DNA of 64,000 nucleotides from Promethearchaeota archaeon (GTDB taxonomy: Archaea > Asgardarchaeota > Heimdallarchaeia > Hodarchaeales > Hodarchaeaceae), in assembly GCA_048938105.1 (NCBI GenBank), contig JBHLMN010000005.1:1-64000 (forward strand), read 5' to 3'. Below are positions 40,666-49,844 of this stretch, piece by piece. The notes below the pieces were generated by a model that saw only the letters and a list, made by a program, of their open reading frames with translations, did no database searches and had not been told where the DNA came from. The position numbers and the translations under genes are program-made. Each line of letters begins with the position of its first letter. Within the stretch, counting starts at the first letter, position 1.

Positions 40666-42372
40666 TTACCAAGAGATATTTTCTGCAGGAGTGGGAGTCT
40701 GGGTTTCTATAGAATCTATTTCACCAGAGCGTAATCTAATGACTTTATTCCCAATTAATGAGATTTTCTGATTATGAGTGACGAGTATAACTAAGATATT
40801 TGGTCTCTCTTTAATAATTCCTTGAATAACAGCTAATACTTTTTTTCCTTCTTTAACTGAAAGTTCTCCTGTTGGTTCATCACATAGGAGTATATCTGGT
40901 TCCTTAGCAAAGGCACGAGCAGCAGCAACTTGTTGCTGTTCACCTCCAGAGAGTTGAGACGGAAACGAGAAACGTTTCTCCCATAATCCAACTTTCTTGA
41001 TATATTCCTCTGTCTTAGCTAGTACTTCACTCCTGGATATCTTCCTTCTAGAGAGATCTACTGCATATTCAATGTTTTCCATGGCGTTTAAGACTGGTAT
41101 CAGATTAAAGAATTGAAAGATGAATCCACACTTTTCACGACGGTATTTGGTAAGCTTACCTTTACTCAATTTTGTAACTTCAATATCACCTACCTTAATT
41201 GTCCCCTCACACTTATCAATCCCTCCAATGACGTTTAAAAGAGTTGTTTTACCTGAACCAGATGGACCTAGGACTACGACGAGTTGACCACTTGCTAAAT
41301 CTAATGACAGATTCTTTAATGCATATATTTGTTGATTTCCCATCTTGTAAATCCTGTTAACATTTCTTAATCTGACAAATCCATTAACATGATCTATATC
41401 TCGATATTGAGTAGTCACTTGGGAAGATGAGTAATCACTGGTAACCTCTTTTTGCTCAGCTATTTCCTTCATCTTTTTTAAAAGAGGCGAAGACAATGTT
41501 GTTATGAGATCTTGACCTGGATTCATTACTGTGGAAAGGAGAATCTCATTTCGTACATAAACATCATATACTTTATCTAAAGAAGCAATTGATTGCATGA
41601 TTTCTAGAGCTTCATCATTATCAATGAATGATTTCATTTTAAAGGCGTTTGAATTGGATCCAATGAGTCTGGCGAAAGTTTGGAAGGGCTTTTCATCTTG
41701 AATAGCTGTGAAAAACTGTCGCATGGATGATTTGTGACCAATTTCACAGAATTTATTTAGGGGTTTTTTTAGATGATTTGGTAAAGGGAAAAAAGATAAG
41801 ACTCCAAGATTGTCAACTTTTTCAATGATTTTCTCAAGGGATAAATAATCATCTTTTACAACAAAGAACATCCTTGAAGTTATTTTCTCAAGGCTAACTT
41901 GAAAATCATGAGCAAAACTAGCTAAGAGAACGAGAGCAGATTGAATTCCTTCAGCAGCTTTAGGGAGTAGGAACAATGATTGAGAAGGGAAATTAATGAC
42001 TCTGCAAAAGCAATCTAGCTGTGGAAATTCGGCATCATGTATTTTACCCTCTAAGTATTCTTCCATTAATTTCAATACAATTTTCATGATAGGAAGAGCT
42101 CGTTTTGCACTCACATCGATAGGTACAAGTACAATGGCCATAAGTGAAGGAAATTCAGGGTTCTGAGATGCTAGAAATACCATTTTATGATTATCAAATT
42201 TAATGAAGCTAATATGTTCACCTTTCAAAATCTTTTGGGAAAAAAGTGTCAATACATTAGCAAGGGTACCAGATATCTCTGGGCGTTTTGTTAGCTTTCC
42301 CACTCCAGAGCTGAAAATAACTTCATCACGATTGACAATTAAAAGATCAGGAGGAGGATATCTATAGCTCAT
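40666..42372 (-). CDS. LolD/MacB-type ABC ATPase with a ~330-aa N-terminal longin/DENN-like extension
   Basis: C-terminal NBD intact ([25 protein letters not shown]); N-terminal fold call is from secondary-structure pattern only. Confidence 0.85.
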   Translation of the reverse strand: MSYRYPPPDLLIVNRDEVIFSSGVGKLTKRPEISGTLANVLTLFSQKILKGEHISFIKFDNHKMVFLASQNPEFPSLMAIVLVPIDVSAKRALPIMKIVLKLMEEYLEGKIHDAEFPQLDCFCRVINFPSQSLFLLPKAAEGIQSALVLLASFAHDFQVSLEKITSRMFFVVKDDYLSLEKIIEKVDNLGVLSFFPLPNHLKKPLNKFCEIGHKSSMRQFFTAIQDEKPFQTFARLIGSNSNAFKMKSFIDNDEALEIMQSIASLDKVYDVYVRNEILLSTVMNPGQDLITTLSSPLLKKMKEIAEQKEVTSDYSSSQVTTQYRDIDHVNGFVRLRNVNRIYKMGNQQIYALKNLSLDLASGQLVVVLGPSGSGKTTLLNVIGGIDKCEGTIKVGDIEVTKLSKGKLTKYRREKCGFIFQFFNLIPVLNAMENIEYAVDLSRRKISRSEVLAKTEEYIKKVGLWEKRFSFPSQLSGGEQQQVAAARAFAKEPDILLCDEPTGELSVKEGKKVLAVIQGIIKERPNILVILVTHNQKISLIGNKVIRLRSGEIDSIETQTPTPAENISW

Positions 42373-42392
42373 TTCAATACAATCCAGGATAT

Positions 42393-44387
42393 CTAAGAGA
42401 ATTTTCTTTTTTTTCTATTAATTACAAAGCATAATGAAATCAAAGACAATAAAGCAGGTATAATTTCAAATGATGGAATCTCACCGCCACCAGGAATAAT
42501 TGATTTTATATTGGTCATTCGACCTGTATTTATCAGAGCAAAGTATGGGACATAACTTTCATAGGTCGCTTCCCAACTATTAGATACTTCATTGTAAACG
42601 GTAGTAATATTCAACCACTGACTAGACTGATTATCCCAACGCTTCCATTGATACACAGGAAATTCACTTGCGTTGGAAGAGAGCATTAACGTAAGAGTAA
42701 TGAAAATGATTTCATCAGATTTTTCACAATTGAACTCTATTGCATATACCGCATTTTCAGGTAATGAATCTTTTGATATAACAGAAAGATTAAAGAATTG
42801 ATCAATCGATGAAGTTAATGTTAAAATGAACCAAAGGTCATTTGACGCATTTTTGAACCTAATTGTCCGTGGAGAATTAGCTTTTATCTCCCAATTCCAA
42901 TCAAATGCACTAATATAAATTGAAAACGAAATTCTTGTAGAAGCAATATTCTGAGCTTCATCAGTTGCATAAATAAGTAATATATAACTTCCATTCTCAA
43001 GATTTGAATATCTTATTGTATGGTTTTGCAAAGTCTCGATGAAAATACTTTTGATGTTCATATTCAGTAATCTATACGTCAGATTTATGTCCTCAGAAGA
43101 AGTTATTATTATCTCAACATCTCCTTTAATAACTGAGTTGTTTACAAAATCATAGGTTATCTCAGGAGGACTATTATCAACAATCCATATATAGCGAGCA
43201 TTTACCCATAATCCTGAAATTGGACTCTTTACAGAGACATTTAGGATGTGGGATATTTCCAATTCTGGATTCGGAACTGGAATGTACGTATTTTCATCAA
43301 CTGATTCAAAATTTCCTCCATCCCATTGATAAACTATTGTTCCATTTCCTGAAGAGATGAATAGCTGAATCTCTGTTGTCCCTTTAATTTTTGAATTGTT
43401 TCGTGGAGTAAGCAATGAAATCCCTGGCAATGTATTATCAGTAATATATACTAAATGATAGTAGTCGTGAAATCCAACATTATCAAATGCTATAATGAAT
43501 ATTTCATGGGAACCATCTTCCCCAGGTAAGATTACGTTGAAAAAATTCGAAGAAGTCGTTAAATTATTGTCATCATCCCAATGATAGTAAATTACATCAG
43601 TACCATAGGGAGAGGTGAATTCCAGAGAGATTATTGTATTTGAAGCTAATCTTGAATTATTAATGTGAGAAGCTTGCATGATATAGGGGCCTTTGTAATC
43701 TGGGGGTGGTTGGGCAATTTCTGCTTTTGTCAAATTGAACCATATAATATTGGGTCCTAAATCTTCTTTCAAACAGAGGAGTAACCCACTGTCAGCAGCA
43801 TACCAGAATGTTAATATTCCTGCAGCTATTTTCCATGCTTTAAATTCCTGATCGACCTGGGCCATTTTTATTGTGTCAGCAAGAACAGTTACAGTATAAG
43901 TATCAACTGTGAATTGATACTTATCAAAAAAGCCAGTTGTATCAATCCAAAAATCTAGTGAATGACTCGGGTTACCGAATATAATCTCCCAGTAATTGGT
44001 TGCTTCATATCCATGGTTAGTACTTGTTCGATTCACAATAGAATCAAACGATGGTTTATCTAAAGTAGGGATTGAGTAATCAAAATGGATAAACCAATGG
44101 GTTCTATTCAACGATAAAACTGTTGCATTAAAAGAGTCCTGAAATGCTGTTGTTCCTTGTTCATATTCGATATAACTACTTATTGTAAGATTTGTGTTTG
44201 GGAGAATAGTTTTATTAAGATCAAATGTCTGTAGATGTTTAAGAGAAGGATTTTGTAAAGGATAATCATCATTTATATTTGTTGTTGGCATTTGGAGGGT
44301 AGATTCAGATATAATGTTGCTGTTTGGTAAATTCAACATAAAAAATAGCAATATAGGAACGAAATAAGTCTGGTAATGCTTTCTCAT
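42393..44387 (-). CDS. Ig-like repeat surface glycoprotein with a PGF-CTERM-like sorting signal
   Basis: Signal peptide, many NxS/T sequons, DNTLP/DNSPP and AFDNVG/ATDEAQN Ig-like motifs, C-terminus EIPSF + TM + RKKRK. Confidence 0.82.
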   Translation of the reverse strand: MRKHYQTYFVPILLFFMLNLPNSNIISESTLQMPTTNINDDYPLQNPSLKHLQTFDLNKTILPNTNLTISSYIEYEQGTTAFQDSFNATVLSLNRTHWFIHFDYSIPTLDKPSFDSIVNRTSTNHGYEATNYWEIIFGNPSHSLDFWIDTTGFFDKYQFTVDTYTVTVLADTIKMAQVDQEFKAWKIAAGILTFWYAADSGLLLCLKEDLGPNIIWFNLTKAEIAQPPPDYKGPYIMQASHINNSRLASNTIISLEFTSPYGTDVIYYHWDDDNNLTTSSNFFNVILPGEDGSHEIFIIAFDNVGFHDYYHLVYITDNTLPGISLLTPRNNSKIKGTTEIQLFISSGNGTIVYQWDGGNFESVDENTYIPVPNPELEISHILNVSVKSPISGLWVNARYIWIVDNSPPEITYDFVNNSVIKGDVEIIITSSEDINLTYRLLNMNIKSIFIETLQNHTIRYSNLENGSYILLIYATDEAQNIASTRISFSIYISAFDWNWEIKANSPRTIRFKNASNDLWFILTLTSSIDQFFNLSVISKDSLPENAVYAIEFNCEKSDEIIFITLTLMLSSNASEFPVYQWKRWDNQSSQWLNITTVYNEVSNSWEATYESYVPYFALINTGRMTNIKSIIPGGGEIPSFEIIPALLSLISLCFVINRKKRKFS

Positions 44388-44464
44388 ACTTATTGAATCA
44401 CCAAAAAAATATTACTGGATTTTAACTCTAAATCAAAACAAAATGCAAGTGAATTAAAAAGTTA

Positions 44465-44479
44465 GTATACACTGTGCAC
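44465..44479. promoter_or_regulatory. Putative RHH operator, copy 2
   Basis: GTATAC-ACT-GTGCAC; its reverse complement matches 36738..36752 at 14 of 15 positions; next to a minus-strand TTTTTAATT TATA-like box. Confidence 0.65.
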
Positions 44480-44623
44480 GAAAGCGAATTTCGTAAAAGA
44501 AATTAAAGTTTAAAAGGATTGTACTAAATACCTACTATTAGATCCAAATCTTTCCATGTTTTGAGATTCGTATAGGTTAAAATAAATAATCTTTTATTTA
44601 CAGAAATTCACAGAGGATGAATC

Positions 44624-45274
44624 ATGGCAAGAAGAACCAGAAAGATTCCCAAACAGGATCTTAGTGAGAAACCAGTCTCTAAGGAGGAAGAGCTCGACAA
44701 AGTTCTTACAAGATTAAATTCTATTCATTCAAAACATCATGAAACGTCCCCTAGGGGAGGACCATCCTTTCTTAATAAGAAAGTGATCATGACAAGTTCG
44801 TTTATTATAATTATATCATTAGGAGTTCTTACATTAGGCACTCAATTTATGGAAACTGAGACTATTAGTTCTATCGACTCTCTTGACTTTACAATTCAGC
44901 TCCTAGATAAAAGTGAGGTTCTGTTATCAGATTATAAAGGGGAACCGATTATTCTTGACTTCATGGCTAGATATTGTTCTGCCTGTAAAACCCAAATTGA
45001 TGAGTTCAAACTATTTCAACCAAAATACCCTGAAGTTCGTATCATATCAGTTTCTGTTTCTTCTGACGACAGTATTACTCTGCTAAAGAATTATAAAAAT
45101 AATTATGGCATTTCTTGGACATTAGGGCGAGATATCACCAAACAGGGTGCAAAACTCTTCTCTGTTCAATATATACCCAAAATAGCACTTTTTGATTCAA
45201 AAGGGACGCTCAAACATGAGAATACAGGAGTTGTTAACTACGATACCCTAGTAGAATGGGTCAATGAATTATAA
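44624..45274 (+). CDS. Membrane-anchored TlpA/ResA-like thioredoxin
   Basis: TM anchor, LSDYKG.PIILDFMARYCSAC (CxxC), cis-Pro YIP. Confidence 0.88.
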   Translation: MARRTRKIPKQDLSEKPVSKEEELDKVLTRLNSIHSKHHETSPRGGPSFLNKKVIMTSSFIIIISLGVLTLGTQFMETETISSIDSLDFTIQLLDKSEVLLSDYKGEPIILDFMARYCSACKTQIDEFKLFQPKYPEVRIISVSVSSDDSITLLKNYKNNYGISWTLGRDITKQGAKLFSVQYIPKIALFDSKGTLKHENTGVVNYDTLVEWVNEL

Positions 45275-45290
45275 CCAAGGTAGATAAATA

Positions 45291-46046
45291 ATGATGATAT
45301 TTGGAATTGAAGTAAACGAGTCGATAGGCCTTCCGCTTTTTTTCCTGATCGGTTTGTATATAGCCCTCTCGCCTTGTCTCTTTCCTATCATGCCTATGAC
45401 AGTCTTTCGTATAATGAGTAGAACAATTACTGACGACTTGGGTGAGGTTCAAACCCCAACTCGTAGAATGGCTCTTCAATGGGTTATTTTATTAACTAGT
45501 GGTATAATGATAACTTTTTTTCTTGCTATTTTGGTCTCTGTTTATGTCTGGCATAACTTAGGTTTCTTTCTTATTGAAAATTTTAATGAAATTACTTTTC
45601 TCTTAGGTCTTCTTTTAATAATTATGGGATTATTTCTTTTATTTCCAGTGTTGTCAAAGTTGACTTTTGCCCGAATTCCCATCCCTCAGAGGGTGACTGA
45701 CTCTTTTCAACGAGAAGAATATCGGCAGTTAGACTTGTTTTTAATTGGTTTTGGTTATTCGATCATCGCATTACCATGTTCATTTCCAGTTTTTCTAATA
45801 TTATTATCCATTATTCCCTATATTGGAAATATTTTCTTTCTATTTGTTGGAATGATCCTTTTCTCAATTGGGTTGCTCATTCCTTATCTTATTCTAGTTT
45901 TGGTTGCTGCAGAAGCAAGAACTCGAGCTGCTTCTTTACTTGCAGAGAAGTTTCGAATTGTTGAGATTATAACAGGGATTCTTGTGATTATATTTGGTAT
46001 ACTTTTCATATGGCCAAGTTTCGGTGGTCCATATGTTTTTCTTTAA
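45291..46046 (+). CDS. ccdA: CcdA/DsbD-like transmembrane electron transporter
   Basis: LSPCLFP and ALPC redox cysteines in a 6-TM protein, adjacent to TlpA. Confidence 0.85.
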   Translation: MMIFGIEVNESIGLPLFFLIGLYIALSPCLFPIMPMTVFRIMSRTITDDLGEVQTPTRRMALQWVILLTSGIMITFFLAILVSVYVWHNLGFFLIENFNEITFLLGLLLIIMGLFLLFPVLSKLTFARIPIPQRVTDSFQREEYRQLDLFLIGFGYSIIALPCSFPVFLILLSIIPYIGNIFFLFVGMILFSIGLLIPYLILVLVAAEARTRAASLLAEKFRIVEIITGILVIIFGILFIWPSFGGPYVFL

Positions 46047-46047
46047 T

Positions 46048-47226
46048 CTAGTTGTGTGCTGAATTATGAGTAGATTCAAAAGGAAAATCCATTTTCATGA
46101 GTAAACAGTAGTTTGAAGGGGTCTCATTTTGTTCTATAAATTCATCGAAATCGCAAATAGTGATAATCCCTTGGAAATTATCAACCAAATCTAAAAATTT
46201 TTCAATCCCTTTGAGTTCAGTTCCAGCAAGGCCAATCTCATTTATTACAATCTCGTTTGTCAAAACTAGAAAGAGAGTTTCATACCGAGGATTCAGTTTC
46301 AATTTTCTACCCAATTCTTTGTAAGTATTTCGAGTTTTATTCCATTCAGAAATCTGATCCTGCAGACTGTTTTGTTTCTGAACAGCCCAATCTCGTAAGG
46401 TTTTTGCAGTCCATATTTTATGTTCAAGTAATTGAGAAAAGCTAATTAGGGGAGAAGTAGAAATAAGAAAAACAAAGGGATTCTGGTAGAGATATCTAAA
46501 AACTTGAAATGTAACCTTAAAGTTAAATTTTAGCTCACGATATTCTTTGAGCTCAATCCAGCACTCTTTTCCTTTCCATTGACCGATCATATCAGGTGCT
46601 AATATAATCCCATCAAGATCTTGGAGCTGTTCTTCTGTTACATCTGTTGCTTCTTGTAAGTTTTCGAATCCATTTTTTTCAAGGAATAATCGCAAATTAT
46701 TGATGCTTTTTTCAGAATGGTCACTTTCTGGGGTGTCTAAAATATCATTAACATACCTTCGATTTATAGCTCGCTTAATATAACGATTTAGAATTTCTAT
46801 TTCCTTTGTGAATCGTTTCTTAAAATTTTTTTCAATTTTTTGATGTAATTCCTCAAGATCCTCTATGTGTGGACGTAGTTGTCTTTCTACAGCTTCGTTC
46901 CGATAGAATATTGATGAAAAACGGCCTTTTTTCCGATCTGTTCGCGTTGGCATACCAAAACAAGCCCTTAAAGAGTTGGGAGTGTGGTACAACATTGGAT
47001 ATTCACGGACAAATTGTATTCCAGCTGCTAAAGCAACTTCACGAAACAATTTTCTGTCTGGAACATTCCAACGTAGTGTTTCAATAGGTGAGAACTCATC
47101 AAGGCGTTTAATTAACCCATCTAAGCGATTTTTGTGAATACTCCGAACTCCTTTCAGTTCCTCAGGATGATTACGGAGATAGGACTTTATTCTTCTTAGA
47201 ACCGTTTTCCGGGTTTGGGGGCTCAT
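46048..47226 (-). CDS. Hypothetical protein with a PD-(D/E)xK nuclease-like motif
   Basis: HSE...ILAPDMIG...WIELK...QVFRY pattern. Confidence 0.6.
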   Translation of the reverse strand: MSPQTRKTVLRRIKSYLRNHPEELKGVRSIHKNRLDGLIKRLDEFSPIETLRWNVPDRKLFREVALAAGIQFVREYPMLYHTPNSLRACFGMPTRTDRKKGRFSSIFYRNEAVERQLRPHIEDLEELHQKIEKNFKKRFTKEIEILNRYIKRAINRRYVNDILDTPESDHSEKSINNLRLFLEKNGFENLQEATDVTEEQLQDLDGIILAPDMIGQWKGKECWIELKEYRELKFNFKVTFQVFRYLYQNPFVFLISTSPLISFSQLLEHKIWTAKTLRDWAVQKQNSLQDQISEWNKTRNTYKELGRKLKLNPRYETLFLVLTNEIVINEIGLAGTELKGIEKFLDLVDNFQGIITICDFDEFIEQNETPSNYCLLMKMDFPFESTHNSAHN

Positions 47227-47789
47227 TTTTCCTCGCTCATCGTTTTCAAATTTGCAAATTCCGTAGCAGAAATATCCATTAATATAATGTCATGATATTG
47301 CCCACTTATAAAATGTGCTTCTCGCTTTCTTCCTGTTTCAACGAAACCGATCTTCTTATAGCACGCTAGAGCTCTCTGATTAAAAGGAAATGTTTCTAGT
47401 TCAATTGTATGCAGGTTTAGAACAGAAAACCCAAAATCAAGTATCAGTTCTAATGCTTCAGTACCAAGTCCCTTACCCCAATACTGTGGATTAAATATCG
47501 CAATTCCTAGAGATCCTCTTTGGGCAATATTATTGATAATTTGGAGTTCTATATTACCGATGTATTTGTTTTTCTCAATAAGGAATATACCAAATATGTA
47601 TGCCTCACCTTTTTGACGTCGTTCCCATGAGTGACGAATCCAATCTATTTCCTCGTCTCGTGATGCGATTAGTGGTCTAGAAAGGAATTGGTGTAATTCT
47701 GGATTATTCCAGTATTTCATAAGCTCGTCTACATCTGAAAGTTCTAATCCTCTCAGTAAAATTTGTGTCCCTTGTAAAATCTCTTTCAA
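47223..47789 (-). CDS. RimJ/RimL-family GNAT acetyltransferase
   Basis: YWGKGLGTEAL, NQRALACYKKIGF motifs. Confidence 0.9.
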   Translation of the reverse strand: MKEILQGTQILLRGLELSDVDELMKYWNNPELHQFLSRPLIASRDEEIDWIRHSWERRQKGEAYIFGIFLIEKNKYIGNIELQIINNIAQRGSLGIAIFNPQYWGKGLGTEALELILDFGFSVLNLHTIELETFPFNQRALACYKKIGFVETGRKREAHFISGQYHDIILMDISATEFANLKTMSEEK

Positions 47790-47922
47790 CTCTCCTAATT
47801 AGAGTTATATTGGGTCTCCCAGGTCAATGACTGAAGATCAACCGATTCTGTTATTCTATTATTCACTTGGTCTATTGAGAGTGAATTTTATATAACTTCC
47901 AAAAAGGTTTTGAATCTTCTCA

Positions 47923-49035
47923 ATGAATCTTTCAGCGGTCAGAAAAAAAGTGGTGTCTTCTCCAATGTCATCTCCTTTCTTATTTCAAGAATATCCATCT
48001 TTGGATGGGACTATTCCTTGGATCCCGTTAGTTAACAGTCCTACACCTATAAAACGCCTAGTAAAATTAGAAACCGATTTGAAAACTGACATACAACTTT
48101 GGGTAAAACAAGATAATCTCACATCTCAAGTGTATGGTGGTAATAAGGTACGAAAGCTCGAGTTTATCATAGCTGATGCGCTTCAAAGAAAAAAAGAAAC
48201 AATAGCTACATTAGGAGGTATTGGTACAAATCATGGTTTAGCTACAACGATTTTTGGTAAGGAGAATGGATTAAACACAGTTTTATATTTAATAAAACAA
48301 CCAATTACAAAACATGTGCTTGATAATCTGAAATTAGATTTCCACTATGGGGCCGAGATGAAATATGTGAAAAATTATTTTGGAGTAGGAGTTCAGTTTT
48401 ATTTTCTAGATCGATTAAGACGAAAACAAACCTATTGGCTGCCTGCAGGTGGAAGTACACCGCTTGGAATAATGGGATATGTGAATGCTGCTTTGGAGTT
48501 GAAGCAACAGGTTGAAGAGGGAAAATTACCTGAACCTGAACTTCTTTTTGTTGCTGCAGGTACTACAGGTACAATGGCAGGGATTGAATTGGGGATTCAA
48601 CTTGCTAGTTTAAAAACACAAGTTTTAGGAATTCGCGTAACAGATAGAATGGCTGCCACAACAAGAAAAGTCAAGAATCTTATTAAATCTGCCCTCAGAA
48701 TTCTCCGTAAGGACTCTAAACTAAGAAATTTTCGATTTGTTCCAAAATTTCAACTTATAGATCAATATTATGGGGGGAAATACGGTCAAGTAACTCCTGA
48801 AGGGCAAAAAGCAGTTAATTTACTAAAACAGACAGAAAATATTTCATTAGAAACAACCTATACAGGAAAAACTTTTGCTGCTCTTATAGATTATGTGAAA
48901 AGTGTAGAAATCGCAGGACCAATATTATTTTGGAATACATATAATTCTGTTGATTTATCAGCTGTGGCAGATCGGGTGGAATATCAACAACTACCCTCAG
49001 AATTTCATCATTTATTTGTAGAAAAGGTACAATAA
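47923..49035 (+). CDS. D-cysteine desulfhydrase/ACC deaminase family PLP enzyme
   Basis: GGNKVRKLE, GGIGTNHG, PAGGS, AAGTTGT, LETTYTGK. Confidence 0.9.
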   Translation: MNLSAVRKKVVSSPMSSPFLFQEYPSLDGTIPWIPLVNSPTPIKRLVKLETDLKTDIQLWVKQDNLTSQVYGGNKVRKLEFIIADALQRKKETIATLGGIGTNHGLATTIFGKENGLNTVLYLIKQPITKHVLDNLKLDFHYGAEMKYVKNYFGVGVQFYFLDRLRRKQTYWLPAGGSTPLGIMGYVNAALELKQQVEEGKLPEPELLFVAAGTTGTMAGIELGIQLASLKTQVLGIRVTDRMAATTRKVKNLIKSALRILRKDSKLRNFRFVPKFQLIDQYYGGKYGQVTPEGQKAVNLLKQTENISLETTYTGKTFAALIDYVKSVEIAGPILFWNTYNSVDLSAVADRVEYQQLPSEFHHLFVEKVQ

Positions 49036-49078
49036 AAGGAGTACTTCTTTTTATGTATTTTCTCCCCTTTTTTATAGT

Positions 49079-49684
49079 TTAAGAAGACCTTCTTAGTTTA
49101 ATCTCTTCTTCAACTGCTTGTAGAGTATTTTGAATCATAAGAATAGTTTCTTTAAGCTGCGTTTCTTCCATTTCAAGATCTTCTAAACTAGCATTTTGTA
49201 ACAATTCAGAAAATTCTTCATCAGTAAGCTCTAGTTTGGATTTTATCATCTGTAAATGAGGCCGTGGAGGTGGGCCATGGCGATGTATCCTAAATGCCTT
49301 AGCAAAATCCCTTCGTGCTTGTTCTAATTTTTGTGCAACTTCAACCCCATAATCCGTTAATTGATACTTTTTAATGTCTCGTTTTCCCTTTTTGTCAATT
49401 TCTTTGATTATTCCTTCCTCTTTGAATTCGTTGAGTATTGGATAGATAGATGCTGTTTTGGGCTCCCATCTTTCGTCTGTAAGTTCTTTAATTGCCTTAG
49501 CAATGTGGTACCCGTGGATTTTTTTTCTAAAAGGGCTTTCATCTGGCATTGTACTTTTTGAATGTTGTTTCTCGTGGCTTAAGAGATGTAGAATGAAAAA
49601 ACGTAAACTACCTCTATGGAATCCTTGGATCCATTTCTCTACAAGAGCATCGGCAGTCTTTTTCTTCTCATTTTTTGATTCCAA
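49079..49684 (-). CDS. PadR-family transcription regulator
   Basis: HGYHIAK...SIYPILN...G...KKYQLTDYG; divergent from the ABC exporter. Confidence 0.9.
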   Translation of the reverse strand: MESKNEKKKTADALVEKWIQGFHRGSLRFFILHLLSHEKQHSKSTMPDESPFRKKIHGYHIAKAIKELTDERWEPKTASIYPILNEFKEEGIIKEIDKKGKRDIKKYQLTDYGVEVAQKLEQARRDFAKAFRIHRHGPPPRPHLQMIKSKLELTDEEFSELLQNASLEDLEMEETQLKETILMIQNTLQAVEEEIKLRRSS

Positions 49685-49760
49685 ATGAATGAATCCTCTC
49701 TTTTGATTAATAGTGGAAAGTATTACCTAGATCTTAATCTACAGTTCACTTATTATATAT

Positions 49761-49788
49761 CTAGGAAACCTATATATAGTTTTCCTAG
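49761..49788. promoter_or_regulatory. 28-bp palindrome, putative PadR operator
   Basis: CTAGGAAAcCTATATATAGtTTTCCTAG (13 of 14 pairs), in the divergent promoter region. Confidence 0.7.
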
Positions 49789-49844
49789 CTAATCTAAAAA
49801 ATAGATAATTTGAAAAATAAATCACTTATTCTGGAAGATAGGTT

